Origin: Candidatus Cloacimonadales bacterium
Lineage (GTDB): Bacteria; Cloacimonadota; Cloacimonadia; Cloacimonadales; DAONDQ01
NCBI GenBank assembly: GCA_963662275.1
Contig: OY759316.1
Location: 320,001-384,000, forward strand
Reading direction: 5' to 3'
Length of the DNA: 64,000 nucleotides
The position numbers and the translations under genes were made by a program. The notes under the pieces were generated by a model that ran no database searches, had not been told where the DNA came from, and saw only the letters and a list, made by a program, of their open reading frames with translations. Shown one piece after another: positions 1 to 10,469 of this stretch (position 1 is the first letter of the stretch; each line of letters starts with the position of its first letter).

Positions 1-190
1 TGCTGACCCTTTTTTCTGTTTCATCAATAACTTCAATTCCTTCAGAATAGATATCCGTAATAATATCGTCGATCTTATCAAGAAAGACCGGGCTGTCCGG
101 TAGAACATCATTGATTTGCTTAAAAGTGATGTAACCCGATTCTTTACCCATAGCGACAAGTTTTTGAATATAATCGTTATAACTGAGCAT
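1..190 (-). CDS. rpoD: RNA polymerase primary sigma factor, N-terminal part (region 1.1); truncated by window edge
   Basis: Manual translation from ATG at 190: MLSYNDYIQKLVAMGKESGYITFKQINDVLPDSPVFLDKIDDIITDIYSEGIEVIDE..., which resembles sigma70 region 1.1. AGGAG RBS; lies directly downstream of dnaG. Confidence 0.88.
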   Translation of the reverse strand, partial: MLSYNDYIQKLVAMGKESGYITFKQINDVLPDSPVFLDKIDDIITDIYSEGIEVIDETEKRVS

Positions 191-199
191 TCACACTCC

Positions 200-1912
200 T
201 TACGTTAGTGTCTTGCCAACAACTTTTTTGCTCAAAAGAGAAATCTTCTTAATTAAGTCAGATTTTTCTTTAGATAATTCTCTATTGTTATGATTTTCAA
301 TGATCATTTGGTCGATTTTCTTTAAATCCTGTTGATATTTACGTAACCTGACATCTGCTAACACATCGTTTAATTTCATGTGAGAAATCTCAGTTAACAT
401 GAATTCGCTAATGATACTGCGCAGACGTTCATTGTCCGTTAAATCAAGGAGACCTGCAGATTGCAGCGATGAATCGACTGTCATATTTTGAATCATAAAC
501 TCATATATTTCTTTGTAAGCTGGGTTTAGAAAATATTCGGAAGTTAGTGTCTCTGAGACATTCATGAAAGCTTCCCGATCTTGAAGAACCATACACAAAA
601 GCATCCTCTCTTCCCAAAAATTATGCAAAAGCTGTTCCTTTTTTGGAGTAGATTTCGATGTAATCATGCTTGCAGGTCTTTTTCGAAGTGCTGAGTCAGA
701 TATTTTAAATATTTCAGCTACTTCTTTCCAAAATAACTCGCGTGAAATATCATCTGTCATTAGTCTGCCTGTTTGAACCAACTGTTCAATTTTTTCACGC
801 TCTGAAATTTGGATAAATTTATCCTCATACAAAAAACTAATCAACCCGTTTGCCATGTCAATTTTTTCTTGCAAGACTGCTGCACTATTCTTCAATAAAA
901 AACTATCAGGGTCTTCATCTTCCGGAAGAATGACCATTTTAGGACTCAAACCTTTTTGCAGAAGAAGCAATCCTGCCCTAAGAGCTGCTTTTCTACCGGC
1001 AAGGTCTCCATCATACAACATATAGACGTTTTTTGTATAACGTGAGAGTAAACCAATCTGTTCATCTGTCAACGAAGTACCCAATGTGGCGACAGTATTT
1101 TGGAACCCTTCACTATATAGTCTAAGGAAATCCATATATCCTTCACAGACCAGAGCCATATCTTTCTTAGTGATCTCATATCGGGTACGATGTAAACCAT
1201 AGAGCTCTTTTCCTTTGGTGTAGATTTCTGTTGTAGGAGAATTGATATACTTTCCACCCGGCTGGTCGGCACTCATAATTCTACCGCCAAAAGCAACTAC
1301 ATCACCATTGATGGAATGGATGGGGAATATCATTCTTTCCCGGAAGAGATCAAACATTCCCTGGTTTCCTGTTCCAAATAGACCGCTATCTTCCATGATT
1401 TGTGTATTGATATTCATTTTAAGAAGATAGCTCTTCAAGCCACCGTAACTATTCAAGGCATAGCCAATTTCCAGTAGATCTATTGCCTCCTTTGTTACCA
1501 GACGCTTAATCAGATAATCCTTTGCCTCCGTATAATTTTGAAGGTTTTCTTTGTAATAATCCTTCGCTAAGTTGTAAACTGTCATTAACAGTTCTCTTTT
1601 CGTACGAGCTATCTTCGCCTGTGGCTTTTCCTCCACAGCAATTCCAACACGAATAGCTAACTTTTTAACAGCTTCCATAAACGATAATTTCTCATAATCC
1701 TGGACAAAGGTAATGACATTACCAGCTTTCCCACAGGCAAAGCATTTGAATATCTGCTTCGGTTCACTTACCATCATGGAAGGATTCGTATCATTATGAA
1801 ACGGGCATACTCCTTTGAAATTAGAACCTGAACGCTTGAGTGGAATATAGCTTCCAATCACTTCCACAATGTTATTGCTATTGCGAATCTGTTCTAAAAG
1901 AGCCTGATCCAT
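200..1912 (-). CDS. dnaG: DNA primase
   Basis: CHC2 zinc finger CPFHND...FKCFAC, KYINSP, Toprim EGYMD and YDGDLAG motifs. Confidence 0.97.
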   Translation of the reverse strand: MDQALLEQIRNSNNIVEVIGSYIPLKRSGSNFKGVCPFHNDTNPSMMVSEPKQIFKCFACGKAGNVITFVQDYEKLSFMEAVKKLAIRVGIAVEEKPQAKIARTKRELLMTVYNLAKDYYKENLQNYTEAKDYLIKRLVTKEAIDLLEIGYALNSYGGLKSYLLKMNINTQIMEDSGLFGTGNQGMFDLFRERMIFPIHSINGDVVAFGGRIMSADQPGGKYINSPTTEIYTKGKELYGLHRTRYEITKKDMALVCEGYMDFLRLYSEGFQNTVATLGTSLTDEQIGLLSRYTKNVYMLYDGDLAGRKAALRAGLLLLQKGLSPKMVILPEDEDPDSFLLKNSAAVLQEKIDMANGLISFLYEDKFIQISEREKIEQLVQTGRLMTDDISRELFWKEVAEIFKISDSALRKRPASMITSKSTPKKEQLLHNFWEERMLLCMVLQDREAFMNVSETLTSEYFLNPAYKEIYEFMIQNMTVDSSLQSAGLLDLTDNERLRSIISEFMLTEISHMKLNDVLADVRLRKYQQDLKKIDQMIIENHNNRELSKEKSDLIKKISLLSKKVVGKTLT

Positions 1913-1914
1913 AC

Positions 1915-4269
1915 TTACCCGATGGTCACCACTGTGACACCGTCTCCACCTGCTTCAGATGGGGGCGTATTGATGTCCATAACATGTTTATGCCTCTTCA
2001 GGTAGGAACGTACTTTCGTTCGTAGAGCACCCGTTCCCTTTCCATGAACGATGCGCAGTTTATGTAGCCCTGCATTAAGTGCAGAATCAATAAACTCATC
2101 TATCTTTGGCAGTGCTTCATCAAAAGTATTACCCAGTATTTTCAATTCAAATGTTGCTGATTTTGTTTCCACCCGCATTGGTTTTGAAGTCATGCGTATC
2201 AGTGTTTCAGGCTTATCCTGCTTCGTATCTGATTTATACAATCTATCCTTTTTAGTTTTGAAGCGGATACCATTCATGTCAACGATGACATCATCCTTGT
2301 CGATTTTAATGACGGTTACGATCGCATCGAAATCTTCCAGTAAAACTCTCTGCCCTTCAATAAGTTGCTTTATCTTTACTTTTCGGTCAGGGGTCAGTTC
2401 ATTCTGTTCTTTGGTGATTTCTTTCATAGAATCCAAGTTCCTGTGAATGAGTTCATCTGTCTTTTGTTTACGTTCATCTTTTTCCAGGCTGCGCATTTCA
2501 TCCATCTCACGGTTTAAATCTCTTTGAAGAGATAGAATGTAATCCTTGGCTTCTGAAAGGGAACGTTTCCGTATTTCTTTCTGTTCCTGGTCGATACCTG
2601 ACAGTTTTTTCTCATATTCAGAGACTTTTCCCTCTAAAAGCTTCATCTGCAGTTGATGTTTATATTCAATTCGGGATAATTCCTTTTTCTGCTCCACCAT
2701 TTTCTTTAGTAATTCTGTAAATTCCACATTCTGAGAACCCGCAAGATGTTTGGCTCTTTCTATCAACTTCTCATCAAGTCCTAATGAAGATGCAACCTCA
2801 ATGGCAAAGCTGTCTCCCGGCAGACCAAGTTGGAAATGATAGGTCGGCACATGACGGTTCGGATCAAACTGCATGGCAGCATTCGTACAATCTGTATGCT
2901 GCTCAGCAAAGACCTTGAGTGCTGTATAATGGGTGGTAATGACGCCAATGATCTTCCGATCCAGTAAATTCTCCAAAATTGCCTGACCTAAAGCAGAACC
3001 CTGTTCAGGATCAGTTGCAGCACCTATTTCATCTATCAGAACCAATGACTGTGCATCTGCATTTTCTAGCATATCCTTAATTTTCATGACATGTGAAGAA
3101 AAAGTGGAAAGAGCATTTTCCAATGACTGATCATCTCCAATATCTGCAAAGATATGGTGAAAAATACCAATTTCAGAATCTTCCTGGGCAGGGATAGGTA
3201 AGCCTGCTAAAGCCATCATTGTCAGCAAACCAACACTTTTCAGAGTAACTGTTTTACCGCCGGTGTTTGGTCCAGAAAGAACAAGTACTTTGAAATCCTT
3301 TCCGAGTTCCATTTCAAAGGGAATTACGGCATTCATATTCTTCAGTCTGGCAATCAGCAAGGGGTGCCTTGCTTCACGTAGATGGATTCGAGGTTCATTA
3401 ATAATATGTGGTTGCCTGGCTTTCATTTGGTTGGAAAATCGACCACAGGCAAAGTAAAAATCCACTTTTTGCAAGACTTGAGTGTTTTGGATAAGATCAC
3501 TTTGGAAAGGTAAAATATCTGCTGTGAATTCCTTCATAATGCGGAATATTTCACGCTTTTCTTCATCCTGCAGCAGGTTGAGCTGGTTATTCATACCCAC
3601 TACTTCCTGGGGTTCCATATAGACGGAGGAACGGCTGGATGAACGCCCTTGCACAACACCAGGAATAAAAGCGACATTACTTTCCTTCACGGGAATGACG
3701 TATCTGTTATCTCGCTGGGTGATAATCTTTTCTTGGATGAATTTCTCGAAGGAACTATCTTGGATCTTACGATTTAGAGTCTTGATGATATCCTCACGCA
3801 TCGAACGCTGCTGTTTCCTGATTTGTTTTAAAGCCGGTGATGCGGAGTCGAGGACTTCACCTTCTGAATCGAATATTTGTACAAATTTAGTAAGGATAAA
3901 AGGAAAAGATCTTAATTTACAAACCAATTCATAGAACTTCTTTCGTGAGGAGAATTCTTCCTTTCTTTCAAAAAGTCCATTTGCAATAATCGTTGTTTCA
4001 TAGATCATCCTGAATTCTTCGAAATCAAAGGTTTGTCCTCTAAATTCTGCGAATAGTTCCTGTAAAGGCTGTAAGTCATTTAAAGAAGGATTAATACCCT
4101 CTAACAGCAATTCCTGAAGCTCAGAAATGATCCCTTGCTTATAGAGAATATCCTTTATTTCTGTCATAGGCTGAAGTTCCAGAACCAATAACTTTCCTAG
4201 ATCAGAATGGCACTCTCCTGAAATCAAATCACATATTTTGGTGAACTCTAGTGCTTGAAATGAATACAT
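1915..4269 (-). CDS. mutS2: MutS2 endonuclease/ATPase with C-terminal Smr domain
   Basis: SGPNTGGKT Walker A, DIGDDQS...STFSSH, DEIGAATDP, TTHY; Smr IVHGKGTGALR...GGDGVT. Confidence 0.96.
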   Translation of the reverse strand: MYSFQALEFTKICDLISGECHSDLGKLLVLELQPMTEIKDILYKQGIISELQELLLEGINPSLNDLQPLQELFAEFRGQTFDFEEFRMIYETTIIANGLFERKEEFSSRKKFYELVCKLRSFPFILTKFVQIFDSEGEVLDSASPALKQIRKQQRSMREDIIKTLNRKIQDSSFEKFIQEKIITQRDNRYVIPVKESNVAFIPGVVQGRSSSRSSVYMEPQEVVGMNNQLNLLQDEEKREIFRIMKEFTADILPFQSDLIQNTQVLQKVDFYFACGRFSNQMKARQPHIINEPRIHLREARHPLLIARLKNMNAVIPFEMELGKDFKVLVLSGPNTGGKTVTLKSVGLLTMMALAGLPIPAQEDSEIGIFHHIFADIGDDQSLENALSTFSSHVMKIKDMLENADAQSLVLIDEIGAATDPEQGSALGQAILENLLDRKIIGVITTHYTALKVFAEQHTDCTNAAMQFDPNRHVPTYHFQLGLPGDSFAIEVASSLGLDEKLIERAKHLAGSQNVEFTELLKKMVEQKKELSRIEYKHQLQMKLLEGKVSEYEKKLSGIDQEQKEIRKRSLSEAKDYILSLQRDLNREMDEMRSLEKDERKQKTDELIHRNLDSMKEITKEQNELTPDRKVKIKQLIEGQRVLLEDFDAIVTVIKIDKDDVIVDMNGIRFKTKKDRLYKSDTKQDKPETLIRMTSKPMRVETKSATFELKILGNTFDEALPKIDEFIDSALNAGLHKLRIVHGKGTGALRTKVRSYLKRHKHVMDINTPPSEAGGDGVTVVTIG

Positions 4270-4278
4270 CGAATTTCT

Positions 4279-4791
4279 TTATTTATGGTTTGGGGCTGTG
4301 TTTTGTGGTATCATTTTCTGATGCTTCATCGCTCCCAGCAGTTCGCCTTTCATGATCCTGGATGTTTTTACCACTTTTGAATCTATGGTAGCATGATCGA
4401 ATTGTCGAGCTATAGGTAGTAGGTCGATCAGGATCAAGATGAGGGCAAAAAAGAAAAGACCGCTGAGAAGTCCGAAAACTGCACCGAGAGTACGATTCAG
4501 GAAAGTCATGCTTAGCGCTTTCACGAAATACTCCATTGCCATTCGAACAAGTTGAATTATAATGGCAATAAGGATGAAGATTAACAAATAGGAACAAAGA
4601 GTGGCTAAGAAAGGTCCCAACTGCCATTTCATAATCAGTCCTTCTTTCACTAAAGGGGCATATTTCCCAATTAGAAGAAAGGAGACGATGAGACCGGCAA
4701 GTTGCAGCAATTCTGCAATCAATCCCTTTCGGTAACCAAAGATGATGAAAACGATGAGGATTAAGATTAAGATCAGATCAAGTATTTGCAT
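4279..4791 (-). CDS. CvpA (colicin V production) family membrane protein
   Basis: ILD..I....GYRKGLIAEL N-terminus, four TM segments, LNRTLGAVFG motif. Confidence 0.88.
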   Translation of the reverse strand: MQILDLILILILIVFIIFGYRKGLIAELLQLAGLIVSFLLIGKYAPLVKEGLIMKWQLGPFLATLCSYLLIFILIAIIIQLVRMAMEYFVKALSMTFLNRTLGAVFGLLSGLFFFALILILIDLLPIARQFDHATIDSKVVKTSRIMKGELLGAMKHQKMIPQNTAPNHK

Positions 4792-4822
4792 TCCATAACC
4801 TCCATGATTGCTAGAGGAATAG

Positions 4823-4850
4823 AAAAAAGGGGAGATGTTTCACTCCCCTT
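4823..4850 (-). terminator. Rho-independent terminator between rpsU and cvpA
   Basis: Minus strand AAGGGGAG-TGAAACAT-CTCCCCTT followed by a T-tract. Confidence 0.7.
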
Positions 4851-4955
4851 CATGTCTAATAACAGCTTAGTTTTGAAATTTTATAACTAGCCAAGACTGT
4901 CGTGAAAAACCGGGATATCCAATATTGGAAAAGGAAACCAAAACCATGGTTCTGA

Positions 4956-5171
4956 TTATTTCAAAAACCTTTCCATCTTGCGTTGAGCCTTCAACATCTT
5001 TCTTCGGGCTGCATTTTCTTCACGTTTACGTTGCTCACTTGGTTTTTCGTAAGCTTGGTGCTTTTTGATTTCTGATAAAATAGCAGCTTTCTCACATTTC
5101 TTTTTGAAACGTTTTAGGAGAATATCAAAGGGTTCGTTTTCTTTCGATGTAACTGACGGCAAATTACTCAC
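4956..5171 (-). CDS. rpsU: 30S ribosomal protein S21 (start may be TTG at 5162, giving MPSV...)
   Basis: NEPFDILLKRFKKKCEKAAILSEIKKHQAYEKPSE matches the bS21 signature. Confidence 0.95.
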   Translation of the reverse strand: MSNLPSVTSKENEPFDILLKRFKKKCEKAAILSEIKKHQAYEKPSEQRKREENAARRKMLKAQRKMERFLK

Positions 5172-5240
5172 CCCCTTTTTTTATAAATTTAATGTAGAAT
5201 TTAAAAGATGGGATTTTGCGTCAAGGAAAACTTTACATGC

Positions 5241-6287
5241 TCAAGAAGTTAAGAATGATATTAATGGTAGTGATTCTGCTTCAGGAATAAACTCTATTTC
5301 CACTATCAGTATCGGTAATCGAAGGTGTATCTGCCTTAATTTAATAAAATCTTTTTCTGTAGTGATTAGATAGTCATACTTTTGGATTTGGAATCCTCTC
5401 TTCAGGTGTCTGCGAAATAGCTTGCTTGTGTAATCATAATGATCTGGAACGCGATAATGATGTAAGAAACTTAGCCCCATCTTATGAACTGTATCCTCAA
5501 ATCCTTGAGGGTAACCGATACCTGAAAGAAGAGCTAATTTTTTATCTTTGAGTTTTTCCAGGGGGATGATATTCTGATGAATATCTTTGATTTCCCGGCT
5601 TTCTGTGCTTCCTTTCAGAATTGGTAGAGGGTAGGTTAGAAGTTGATTTACAATTGGTTGTGTTCCATTCCAAACAATAAAATCAGCATCTTTCAGAGCA
5701 CTCAAAGGTTCTCGTAAAATACCTGCTGGGAGCACAAACCCGTTACCAATACCTGCTCTTGCCTTGAATAAGATAAAATCATAGTCATGATGTACTTTTA
5801 GATGCTGGAATGAATCGTCTAGTATGATATAATCCAAATCCGGATAGGTCTCAGCTAATAAAATAAGTGATCTTTTTCGGGACTTTCCAGCTATCACAGG
5901 TATTCCTAACAGTTTCTCTGCTAAGAGAGCTGCTTCATCACCCGCTTCCATTACTTGGGGTAGGAGTCCTTCACGATTTGAAAGAAATTCATTATCGTTT
6001 TCATAATTTCCTTTATAATCCCGATGGGAAACAGCAACTCGTTTACCGGCGTTTGTTAGATATTTTACCAGGAATACGGTAAATGGCGTTTTCCCACTTC
6101 CTCCACTCACAATATTACCAATACTGATCACGGGTATAGGGCTATGATAGATAGATTTTGGGAAAATCCTGTAATAGAAGCGATGTATGATTTGAAGTAA
6201 GGAATATACGCAAGATAAGGGATATAGAAGATAGGATAAAATTGTGCGTTTTAGGAGATTGGATTGAATGAAATTCTGTGTATCCAT
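5241..6287 (-). CDS. lpxK: Tetraacyldisaccharide 4'-kinase
   Basis: PVISIGNIVSGGSGKTP, GDEA, ILDDSFQH, LPAGILREP, PDHY, TTEKD motifs. Confidence 0.95.
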   Translation of the reverse strand: MDTQNFIQSNLLKRTILSYLLYPLSCVYSLLQIIHRFYYRIFPKSIYHSPIPVISIGNIVSGGSGKTPFTVFLVKYLTNAGKRVAVSHRDYKGNYENDNEFLSNREGLLPQVMEAGDEAALLAEKLLGIPVIAGKSRKRSLILLAETYPDLDYIILDDSFQHLKVHHDYDFILFKARAGIGNGFVLPAGILREPLSALKDADFIVWNGTQPIVNQLLTYPLPILKGSTESREIKDIHQNIIPLEKLKDKKLALLSGIGYPQGFEDTVHKMGLSFLHHYRVPDHYDYTSKLFRRHLKRGFQIQKYDYLITTEKDFIKLRQIHLRLPILIVEIEFIPEAESLPLISFLTS

Positions 6288-6291
6288 AAAT

Positions 6292-6322
6292 AAAATGGGG
6301 GTATTTCAACCCCCATAAAAAA
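6292..6322 (-). terminator. Hairpin terminator after lemA
   Basis: ATGGGGG / CCCCCAT stem flanked by A/T tracts. Confidence 0.55.
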
Positions 6323-6326
6323 TAGA

Positions 6327-6929
6327 TTACTTACCGAAATTCACTTTCGGAGCTGTATCAGCACCGGCAGTAGCCTGAAAGAATTGGACTTCTTTCAGAT
6401 TGAACATACCTGCTAAAATATTGTTGGGGAAAGTGACGATCATCTGGTTGAAAAGCTTAGCTGACTCATTGTAATCCATACGGGCAACTGCAATCCGGTT
6501 TTCAGTTCCTTCAAGCTGACTTTGCAGAGCCAGGAAGTTCTGATTTGCTTTCAAATCAGGATACTTTTCTACAACAACCATTAAACGCTGCAAGGCACCT
6601 TGTAAACCTGCCTGTGCCTGTTGGAATTTCGCAAATGCCTGGGGATCATTGATCATATCCTTAGAAATCTGGGTGACTCCACCCACTTTAGCACGAGCTT
6701 CTGTTACTGCGATCAGCGTTGCACTTTCATGAGAGGCATAGCCTTTTACTGTTTCGACCAAGTTGGGTATCAAGTCAAACCGACGTTGATACTGGTTATC
6801 AACATCAGCCCATTTGTTCTTTACTTCCTGCTTCATTTTAACCATTGTATTATAACGTCCGATGATACCACCGATAAGGATGATTATCACCAATAGAATA
6901 ATGAGCAGAACCATAGTTCCTTTTTTCAT
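6327..6929 (-). CDS. lemA: LemA family protein
   Basis: N-terminal TM, QRRFDLIPNLVETVKGY, YPDLKANQNFLALQSQLEGTENRIAVAR. Confidence 0.95.
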   Translation of the reverse strand: MKKGTMVLLIILLVIIILIGGIIGRYNTMVKMKQEVKNKWADVDNQYQRRFDLIPNLVETVKGYASHESATLIAVTEARAKVGGVTQISKDMINDPQAFAKFQQAQAGLQGALQRLMVVVEKYPDLKANQNFLALQSQLEGTENRIAVARMDYNESAKLFNQMIVTFPNNILAGMFNLKEVQFFQATAGADTAPKVNFGK

Positions 6930-7157
6930 GCTGTTCCTCCATTAGGATTCAAACAAAATTTAATAAAATACAAGACAAAAGAGTCGATAGGTTTTGTAAA
7001 TATTTATTTTTTGAAGAAGGTTACATCTGATAGCTTAGAGAATCCAGTTCTCTATTTTAAAGATTAAGTTTCTGCGGTTAATAATCTAAAAATTTAATAG
7101 ACACAACTTTATTGGTATTATAAATAGACGATATACTTTCTACCTAAGGAGTGCCTT

Positions 7158-7991
7158 ATGCCAAACATCATCGTAAACGAAACATTATGTACGAAATGCA
7201 ATACCTGCTGCACTGTCTGCATCATGCACATTATCGATCAGGCAGACAAAGACAATTACCCGAAAATGCAGAGAGCCAAAGAGCCCTATTGTATGAATTG
7301 CGGACACTGTGAAGCATTCTGTCCAACACAAGCACTTGTCCTGGATTTTCACAAAACGCAAAAGATAGAATGCACACCTGATGAAAGCAATATCGAACCG
7401 CAACGTCTTGCCCTGTATCTGAAGAAACGACGCTCCATACGACACTTCAAGAAAGAGTCAGTAAACCGTGAGCTACTATTAGAAGTGCTGGATGTAGCCC
7501 ATTATGCTCCCACTGGTGGAAATTCACAGACCGTAGGCTGGCTGGTAATCGAAGACCCTTCTGAAGTGAAGAATATTGCCAGGTTGACCATTGACTATAT
7601 GCGTACGATCGTCAATACTGACCATCCCTTTGGTGCGTATGTGGCACCTATTATTAAAATGTGGGATAGTGGCATAGACTTCATCTGTCACAATGCACCC
7701 CATCTGCTGTTTGTTCACATTCCTGATGATGAAAGGATCAAAGACCCTATCGATGCCATCATTGCCATGTCCTACTTTGATGTGGCAGCCCCGGCATTCG
7801 GTATCGGTACTTGCTGGACAGGCTTTGTCTCTATGGCAATGAATGTTTACAAACCTTTGACGGATGCCATCGGACTCCCTGAAGGACGTAGAGCTGCTTA
7901 CGCCATGCTAATCGGTTATCCAGTCTATCAGCCAATCAATATTCCGAGAAGAAATTTGATAGATGTCACTTGGAAGGAAAAGGGAAATTGA
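7158..7991 (+). CDS. 4Fe-4S ferredoxin-domain nitroreductase family protein
   Basis: CxxCxxCxxxC twice, then RRSIRHF, APTGGNSQ and GIGTCW nitroreductase motifs. Confidence 0.92.
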   Translation: MPNIIVNETLCTKCNTCCTVCIMHIIDQADKDNYPKMQRAKEPYCMNCGHCEAFCPTQALVLDFHKTQKIECTPDESNIEPQRLALYLKKRRSIRHFKKESVNRELLLEVLDVAHYAPTGGNSQTVGWLVIEDPSEVKNIARLTIDYMRTIVNTDHPFGAYVAPIIKMWDSGIDFICHNAPHLLFVHIPDDERIKDPIDAIIAMSYFDVAAPAFGIGTCWTGFVSMAMNVYKPLTDAIGLPEGRRAAYAMLIGYPVYQPINIPRRNLIDVTWKEKGN

Positions 7992-8190
7992 AGATTGGCA
8001 GAGTAGCTCCGGGTTCAACCGGTTGCTGTAGCTTCGACTTTAGGTGGTATTGTAAATGTACCTGTAGAAATGGAAGATGAAAAATGGACAAAAAGACGGT
8101 TCATTGAGTGATTTCGACGAAGGAGAAATTATATCGAAATGTACCGAAGTGAAGAGTAGGGATTTACGGAAGGAAATCCTTCTGCTCTGC

Positions 8191-8273
8191 AACATCGAAG
8201 ATGTGAAATATCATAGCCTGTGGTGGAGCGTAGCGGAACCACAGGAAAGAATACAACGTAACACCTCTCAGAA
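8191..8273. repeat. 83-bp hairpin-containing intergenic module A, copy 1 (resembles IS200/IS605-type end hairpins)
   Basis: Matches 9538-9620 with 2 mismatches; contains CCTGTGGT-GGAGCGTAGCGGA-ACCACAGG hairpin. Confidence 0.85.
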
Positions 8274-8295
8274 TCTCGGAGAGATGGCACATGAT

Positions 8296-8382
8296 CGTAG
8301 TACGGACAGTCTTGTCCGTTTCGTGAGAGTGTCGTCTCGACCTCGATCTGCATAAGGTGCTATGGGTTAGGAACTAGGTGCT
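8296..8382. repeat. Intergenic module B, copy 1 (GTAG-headed REP-like hairpin plus heptamer tail)
   Basis: Colinear diverged copy at 10470-10556. Confidence 0.8.
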
Positions 8383-8432
8383 AGTAGAGCAGAACCTCCT
8401 GAAGTCTGCGGTACAGAATAAAAGGTGAATAT

Positions 8433-9395
8433 ATGAAAATAAAAACAGACCATCGCATTGAACTCATGTCTGTTGTAGCTTATCTATCCGATATTGAGGT
8501 AGACCGCTTTCTTGATAAAAGCAAGAATCTCTATTCAGAAGCAATTGATACTTATTTCCAGGATTTCAGGACTCATCCGGTTATCCGGCGATACGCAATC
8601 ATGTGGGAAAAGGATTTATGCTGGCAATCCGTGGTGACTTTATCATTATATCTCAACGATGATATCACATTACCAGGGTATATGACAATAGGCTTCCATG
8701 AAGAGTTCGATTATCTCATTGGAGATGATAGCAGTCCATTTCAAGAGTTGATTACGTACGTTGAGCTTCTGCATGACTTCTTCATACAAACTAACTTCAT
8801 GAATTTCTACCAGGAAGAAGTCATCAAAAATGATAGCTACATTTCATACTTGGATAAGAAATTAACCAATTATGAAGTAGTTCCCATCTTAGAAAAATAC
8901 ATCGGTGCTACACTCCTGGAAGGTCATGTATTTCTTTCGCAGTTGTTGAAATCCGCTTATGGATTAGAGATTGAAACCCCTCATGGCAAAGTGGTTTATT
9001 GTGTTTTGAGCAGTTTCCGTTTGAAAGAAGCAGAAACACGGAAAGATGTAGATGAGGTCTTGGTATCCACGGTATGGCATGAATTCCTGCATCCTGTGAT
9101 CAATCCTCTGTCAGAAAAGCACTTCCCAAAAGAAATGACGGATGAGCAATGTGAATCCTTCTGCCAGCTGAATGAGAGTATTTTATTGGCTGTCACCTTT
9201 CGTTTATGCCTCCAGGAGGAAATAGCGGGAACACCAAGCTACGATTGGTATTTTGCTATGGCAAAACGCAACCGAGCTCCGATGGCGGAAGAGATGTACC
9301 TTTTGCTGCCTGACTATGAAACGGGCGACTACAAGAGCATCGTGGAATTCCATCCGGCATTTGCAGAAGCATATAGCAAAGAAACTAAAAACTAA
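8433..9395 (+). CDS. DUF4932-like protein, putative HExxH metallopeptidase
   Basis: DHRIELMSVV N-terminus, HEFLH and downstream NES(I) gluzincin-like third ligand. Confidence 0.65.
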   Translation: MKIKTDHRIELMSVVAYLSDIEVDRFLDKSKNLYSEAIDTYFQDFRTHPVIRRYAIMWEKDLCWQSVVTLSLYLNDDITLPGYMTIGFHEEFDYLIGDDSSPFQELITYVELLHDFFIQTNFMNFYQEEVIKNDSYISYLDKKLTNYEVVPILEKYIGATLLEGHVFLSQLLKSAYGLEIETPHGKVVYCVLSSFRLKEAETRKDVDEVLVSTVWHEFLHPVINPLSEKHFPKEMTDEQCESFCQLNESILLAVTFRLCLQEEIAGTPSYDWYFAMAKRNRAPMAEEMYLLLPDYETGDYKSIVEFHPAFAEAYSKETKN

Positions 9396-9537
9396 TAACT
9401 AAAAACTAAAAGTTGCAGAGAAGACTATTCCCCTCCCATTTGTAAAGGGAGGGGTTAGGGGAGAGCTAGTTCTGTTCTGCATTGGTACTTATCACAGGTT
9501 GTTAACCCTGGATTGTTTGCAGAATGGAAGAAAGTGA

Positions 9538-9620
9538 AACATCGAAGATGTGAAATATCATAGCCTGTGGTGGAGCGTAGCGGAACCACAGGAAAGAATA
9601 CGACGTAACACCTCGCAGAA
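9538..9620. repeat. Intergenic module A, copy 2
   Basis: Direct repeat of 8191-8273; the two copies bracket the 8433-9395 gene. Confidence 0.85.
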
Positions 9621-9658
9621 GGGAATAGCAAATAGGGAGTAGGGAATAGTAGCAGATC

Positions 9659-9696
9659 AGATTTGACCCCCCTACCCCCCTTGTCAAGGGGGGATT
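9659..9696. repeat. C/G-run REP-like element (GACCCCCCTACCCCCCTTnTCAAGGGGGGAT), module D
   Basis: Further copies at ~10366-10403, ~17637-17666 (inverted), 42558-42588 and 42975-43005 (inverted). Confidence 0.8.
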
Positions 9697-9729
9697 TGTA
9701 ATTGTTAATCAGTTAATTAGGAGTTTTTT

Positions 9730-10356
9730 ATGCACACCATCTACGAAGACTTATACAAGAATGAAGAATATTACTGGAGTTATATTCCATCCTATACATG
9801 CCTGAAGGTATTGGAGTTCATGCCGTCTGTGAAGAAATTGAAGCTTCTCGATATCGGCTGTGGGGAAGGACGGGATTCCGTATTCTTTGCCCGCAATGGT
9901 TATGATGTTACTGCTTTCGACCTGGCAATCTCTGGTGTGGAAAAGACTCAGCGATTGGCAGAGAAACTCGGCGTGAAGGTAAATGTCTTCCAGGCTGATC
10001 TGAATGAATACAGGCTGACAGAGAAGTTCGATATCCTCTTTTCCAATGGGGTGCTGCATTATGTGAAGCCAGAAGTTAGGAAGGAGATGTTCGATAACTA
10101 CAAAGCATTCACGGAGGATAACGGCATTCATATGCTTTCGGTCTTTGTGGATAAGCCCTTCATTGCCCCTCCCCCTGAATATGAGGAAACAGCACAGAGA
10201 TGGATATCAGGAGAATTGCTGGGCTATTACCATGACTGGAAGTTTGAATTCGAAGTAGAAGAGATATTTGACTGCAATTCCAGCGGTGTAGCACATCAGC
10301 ACGCAATGACGAGGATGCTGGCGAGGAAGATGAAAGGAATAGTGAATAGGGAATAG
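9730..10356 (+). CDS. Class I SAM-dependent methyltransferase (TehB-like)
   Basis: LLDIGCGEGRDSVFFARNGYDVTAFD motif I; GVLHY. Confidence 0.88.
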   Translation: MHTIYEDLYKNEEYYWSYIPSYTCLKVLEFMPSVKKLKLLDIGCGEGRDSVFFARNGYDVTAFDLAISGVEKTQRLAEKLGVKVNVFQADLNEYRLTEKFDILFSNGVLHYVKPEVRKEMFDNYKAFTEDNGIHMLSVFVDKPFIAPPPEYEETAQRWISGELLGYYHDWKFEFEVEEIFDCNSSGVAHQHAMTRMLARKMKGIVNRE

Positions 10357-10469
10357 CTTCAGACAAGATTTGACCCCCCTACCCCCCTTCTCAAGGGGGG
10401 ATTGATCTTCTTTTGTATCACGGTTTGTTAAGCCGTTAAGGGAAGGGTTGTTAACCCTGGATCGTCTTT

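Noticed and set aside
8077..8355. 92-aa ORF and its 74-aa antisense ORF
   Set aside because: They run through repeat modules A and B and show no protein-like features.
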